Source of the DNA: a virus
Lineage: Duplodnaviria > Caudoviricetes
Strand: one strand, 5' to 3'
Virus record (IMG/VR): IMGVR_UViG_3300017909_003206
Location: 1 to 58,651 of that record
DNA length: 58,651 nucleotides
The notes beneath the pieces were generated by a model. That model had not been told where the DNA came from and ran no database searches. It worked only from the letters and a program-made list of their open reading frames with translations. Position 1 is the stretch's first letter. Every line of letters begins with the position of its first letter. Made by a program: the position numbers and the translations under genes. Shown piece after piece: positions 56,160-58,651 of the stretch.

Positions 56160-56360
56160 TTAGCGTTTGATAGGTTGGCCAAACAAAGATATACCCTTCA
56201 TGTCAAGTGCGTTTGCACCGGGTTTTTGTTTTTTAGCCTTCTTTTTGCTGTAAGCAACTTGTGGACTTACTACTGTGGCAATACTTGCACTGCTTGTAGC
56301 ACCTGAGGTAGCAGTTTCGTCAACTTTTTTACGTTCTGCTAATATTTCATTAATACGCAT
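56160..56360 (-). CDS. Small hypothetical protein
   Basis: MRINEIL.E start; 'E.A..G.TSS.SIA' motif. Confidence 0.65.
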   Translation of the reverse strand: MRINEILAERKKVDETATSGATSSASIATVVSPQVAYSKKKAKKQKPGANALDMKGISLFGQPIKR

Positions 56361-56364
56361 AGTT

Positions 56365-57531
56365 TTATTTACCTGATTTTTTCCGACCGCTTTTCATATT
56401 TGCACACCAGTGATACATTTTAGCACGTTCACCACTAGAGTTTTTTGCTTTTTTGCGTAACTCTGAGACACTTCCATTACAACTAGCACCTGAACGTTTT
56501 ACACGCCCTGGTCTACTTTTGCCTTTTACTTTACCGTCAGCAAAGTTTTCTATTATGTATTCTAATGTATATGGAATACGTGCAACAGGAATAGTTTTTT
56601 CTCCTAAAAGTCTTACAGCATCGTATCTATGATGTCCATTAACAATCCTGTTATCACAATCTACTACAATCGGAGCATATTTTCCTTCTAACAATCTATC
56701 TACTTGACGTTTAAAATTTTCTATTATGCGTTCTTTCTGAACTGTTATAACTTCGTTGATTTTTAAAAATATAATGTCATGTTCTATATTTTCAAGATGT
56801 TTGTTTTTAATTTGTGGTAATTCTTTACGAGTATAATTTTCTTTAGCCATCTTTGTTGCTGTTGCATACATTACTGCTTCAGCATCATCGCCATAACGTT
56901 TTTTGAAATCTTTTTTATTTTTCTTCATACCCTTTACGATACGTTCTTTTTCTTTTTCTTCTCCTTTAGTAAGTTCACGTTCTTTTACTTTACTATCAAA
57001 GTTTTCAGTTTTATTTTTCAAATGTGCCATTAACTGTTTAAATGTTCTTTCAAATTTATGATCTTTGTGTTTTACACCGATACCACCTGCGGCATTCCAT
57101 TTGTCAATGTTTTTTCCAAAATCATCTATTAGTATGTTTGGTGTACCATCACTTTGTTGTGCATACTTGGCTTTGTTGCCTGTAATAATTACATCTTTAG
57201 GAGGAAATTGTTTTAGATATTTGTTTATCCACATTTTTTTATGTGGCTCTGATCTAGGATCATCTGCTAATGGGGAACTTAAAATTGTGTAAGAACCTTT
57301 TAGTTCTCTGACAAGTGCAAGTAATTTACCTGCGTTAGGAGTAGGTTTAAGTTTTAACCAAAAGTCATCTTCATCTCTAATTGCTTGTAAACCTTTGTCA
57401 ATGTCTTGTATTTTACGAAAGTTATCAACTTTCATTAACTTTGCCCAAGCATCAAAGAAGTCTACTAGAACTCCATCCATATCAATATAAACTTCTGACT
57501 TCACATTATCCCTAATTTCAAATAGTCTCAT
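56365..57531 (-). CDS. 5'(3')-deoxyribonucleotidase-like HAD domain fused to a ParB/Srx-like domain and two basic modules
   Basis: HAD/NT5C motifs 'YIDMDGVL.DF', 'ILSSP', 'K..W', 'ILIDD...N...W...GG..I.H'; ParB-like 'PIVVD....IVNGHHRY.A'. Confidence 0.8.
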   Translation of the reverse strand: MRLFEIRDNVKSEVYIDMDGVLVDFFDAWAKLMKVDNFRKIQDIDKGLQAIRDEDDFWLKLKPTPNAGKLLALVRELKGSYTILSSPLADDPRSEPHKKMWINKYLKQFPPKDVIITGNKAKYAQQSDGTPNILIDDFGKNIDKWNAAGGIGVKHKDHKFERTFKQLMAHLKNKTENFDSKVKERELTKGEEKEKERIVKGMKKNKKDFKKRYGDDAEAVMYATATKMAKENYTRKELPQIKNKHLENIEHDIIFLKINEVITVQKERIIENFKRQVDRLLEGKYAPIVVDCDNRIVNGHHRYDAVRLLGEKTIPVARIPYTLEYIIENFADGKVKGKSRPGRVKRSGASCNGSVSELRKKAKNSSGERAKMYHWCANMKSGRKKSGK

Positions 57532-57543
57532 TTATATTAACAC

Positions 57544-57762
57544 CTATCTCTTTTTTTGTCTACTTCTAAATTGAACTGGACCAGTCATATAAGGTTTTGA
57601 AAACCAAAGTTTAAACCAATCTGGATCACCTGGTTTAATGCCTAGTTTACGTTCTTTATCTTTCAAAGCCTGTGCAGTATGACTAATATTTTCTAATGAT
57701 TGAAAATTATCGTTCCTAACTACATCAACCCCTGCTAATTTTTTTAATTCATCTAATGTCAT
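57544..57762 (-). CDS. Hypothetical protein
   Basis: 'DELKKLAG', 'I.PG...WF.LWF..P..T'; TAATG overlap. Confidence 0.65.
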   Translation of the reverse strand: MTLDELKKLAGVDVVRNDNFQSLENISHTAQALKDKERKLGIKPGDPDWFKLWFSKPYMTGPVQFRSRQKKR

Positions 57763-58622
57763 TATATAAGTTTAAAACTCTTTAACATCTTACGAAGAGT
57801 GCCTTTGTTTACGTCTTTTGTTGTATTTTGTTTTGTTATGATGCCAACACCTGCGGCTTCTGTCTTTTTGATTGCATCTGATCTAAATGCTTTGTCTACA
57901 CCAACCTTACTTGCAAGTGCTCTGCGTTTTTTGATTTTGTCTGCAACACTTAACTCTTCTGGTTCTGGCGGACGTCTTTTTACAATATTTCTTTTAGGTG
58001 TTCTTGTTGCAAAGTTAAACATTTCTTCAATGCCCATACCCTTGCGTACTCTAGCAAACATCTGTTTTGCAAGTGTTTCACTACCAGGTACTCCTTGTTT
58101 AAAACTATCAAAGTCATTGTCAGTAGCAAACTGTCTTAATTTACTTGCACTCATTCCTGACACATCATCTGCATCTGGATCTCTTTCTCCACTACTTACA
58201 ACTTTAGCATTATCAAATGCAAAAGGTATAACCCCTTTCGTATCTGCTTTATTATTATATTTGTCAATTAAATCTTGATATTGTGGGACACGGTCACTGC
58301 CTGCTATTACAACAACATTTTTGTAACCTGATTTTTGTAATTTTTCTAATGCTTGTATAATTGTTTTGATACTAGTGTCTTTACTTAACGTAACACCAGG
58401 AAAAAATTCTTGTGTAAAGTGTATTTTTTCAGCAAAGGATAATGGATTTTTTTTCTTATCTTGTGTTTGCGTTACGAACAATATTGCTTCACCGTTTAAT
58501 TTTTGTGCAGTTGCTTTTAATACGTCAATAACTTTTTGATGACCTATTGTAGGTGGATTCATTCTACCCCAGGCAATTACCGCTGTTTTTTCCGGCGCTT
58601 CAAATATTTCTTTGAGTAACAT
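57762..58622 (-). CDS. Cytidylyltransferase-like (HIGH superfamily) nucleotidyltransferase
   Basis: 'WGRMNPPTIGH', 'KNPL', 'GSDR' and 'G.RDPD......MSASK.R'. Confidence 0.85.
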   Translation of the reverse strand: MLLKEIFEAPEKTAVIAWGRMNPPTIGHQKVIDVLKATAQKLNGEAILFVTQTQDKKKNPLSFAEKIHFTQEFFPGVTLSKDTSIKTIIQALEKLQKSGYKNVVVIAGSDRVPQYQDLIDKYNNKADTKGVIPFAFDNAKVVSSGERDPDADDVSGMSASKLRQFATDNDFDSFKQGVPGSETLAKQMFARVRKGMGIEEMFNFATRTPKRNIVKRRPPEPEELSVADKIKKRRALASKVGVDKAFRSDAIKKTEAAGVGIITKQNTTKDVNKGTLRKMLKSFKLI

Positions 58623-58651
58623 TACGACTCCTTAGGATCATAGTGGCCGTC
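58622..58651 (-). CDS. 3' end of an upstream gene (…DGHYDPKES*), truncated by the window
   Basis: Open frame ending in a TAA that overlaps the next ATG (TAATG). Confidence 0.45.
   Translation of the reverse strand, partial: DGHYDPKES

Noticed and set aside
1-58651. tRNA, rRNA, CRISPR array, integrase or transposase
   Set aside because: Intergenic gaps are almost all under about 110 bp, and none showed a cloverleaf or repeat-spacer pattern by eye. A tRNAscan/Infernal run would be needed to exclude them formally.

Overview
This is a 58.7 kb segment of a large, AT-rich, T4-like (myovirus-type) dsDNA phage genome, probably aquatic; the host cannot be determined from this window. The + strand (1-27.6 kb) is a late structural module: gp25- and gp6-like baseplate genes (the gp6-like gene is broken by one in-frame TAA), a 4663-aa multidomain virion protein, and four paralogous tail-fibre genes. 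The - strand (27.7-58.6 kb) carries nucleotide and replication genes (dCMP deaminase, ThyX, RNase H, family B polymerase, probable sliding clamp) and a MoxR/VWA pair interrupted by two PD-(D/E)xK-like genes. It also has an M15 endolysin, ClpP and a 7-deazaguanine DNA-modification set: FolE, an atypical QueE, an LxxxHRHxF T-fold protein, a DpdA/TGT-like transglycosylase and an embedded glycosyltransferase. The right end is a block of probable capsid-packaged internal proteins. The most interesting leads are: (i) the DpdA-like enzyme ends in the same F-x-N-L-F-[DE] peptide as the polymerase and is encoded directly after the clamp, suggesting clamp-tethered base modification; (ii) a glycosyltransferase inside the deazaguanine cluster; (iii) an unannotated 39-aa, 12-Cys metallothionein-like gene coupled to a NifU-domain gene; (iv) a shared M-[RK]-x-x-E-[IF] N-terminal signal and a polyprotein-like layout in the internal-protein block; (v) a twin-hairpin leader on the polymerase gene. 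All family calls come from motif recognition by eye; no searches were run. No tRNA, rRNA, CRISPR array or transposase was recognised.
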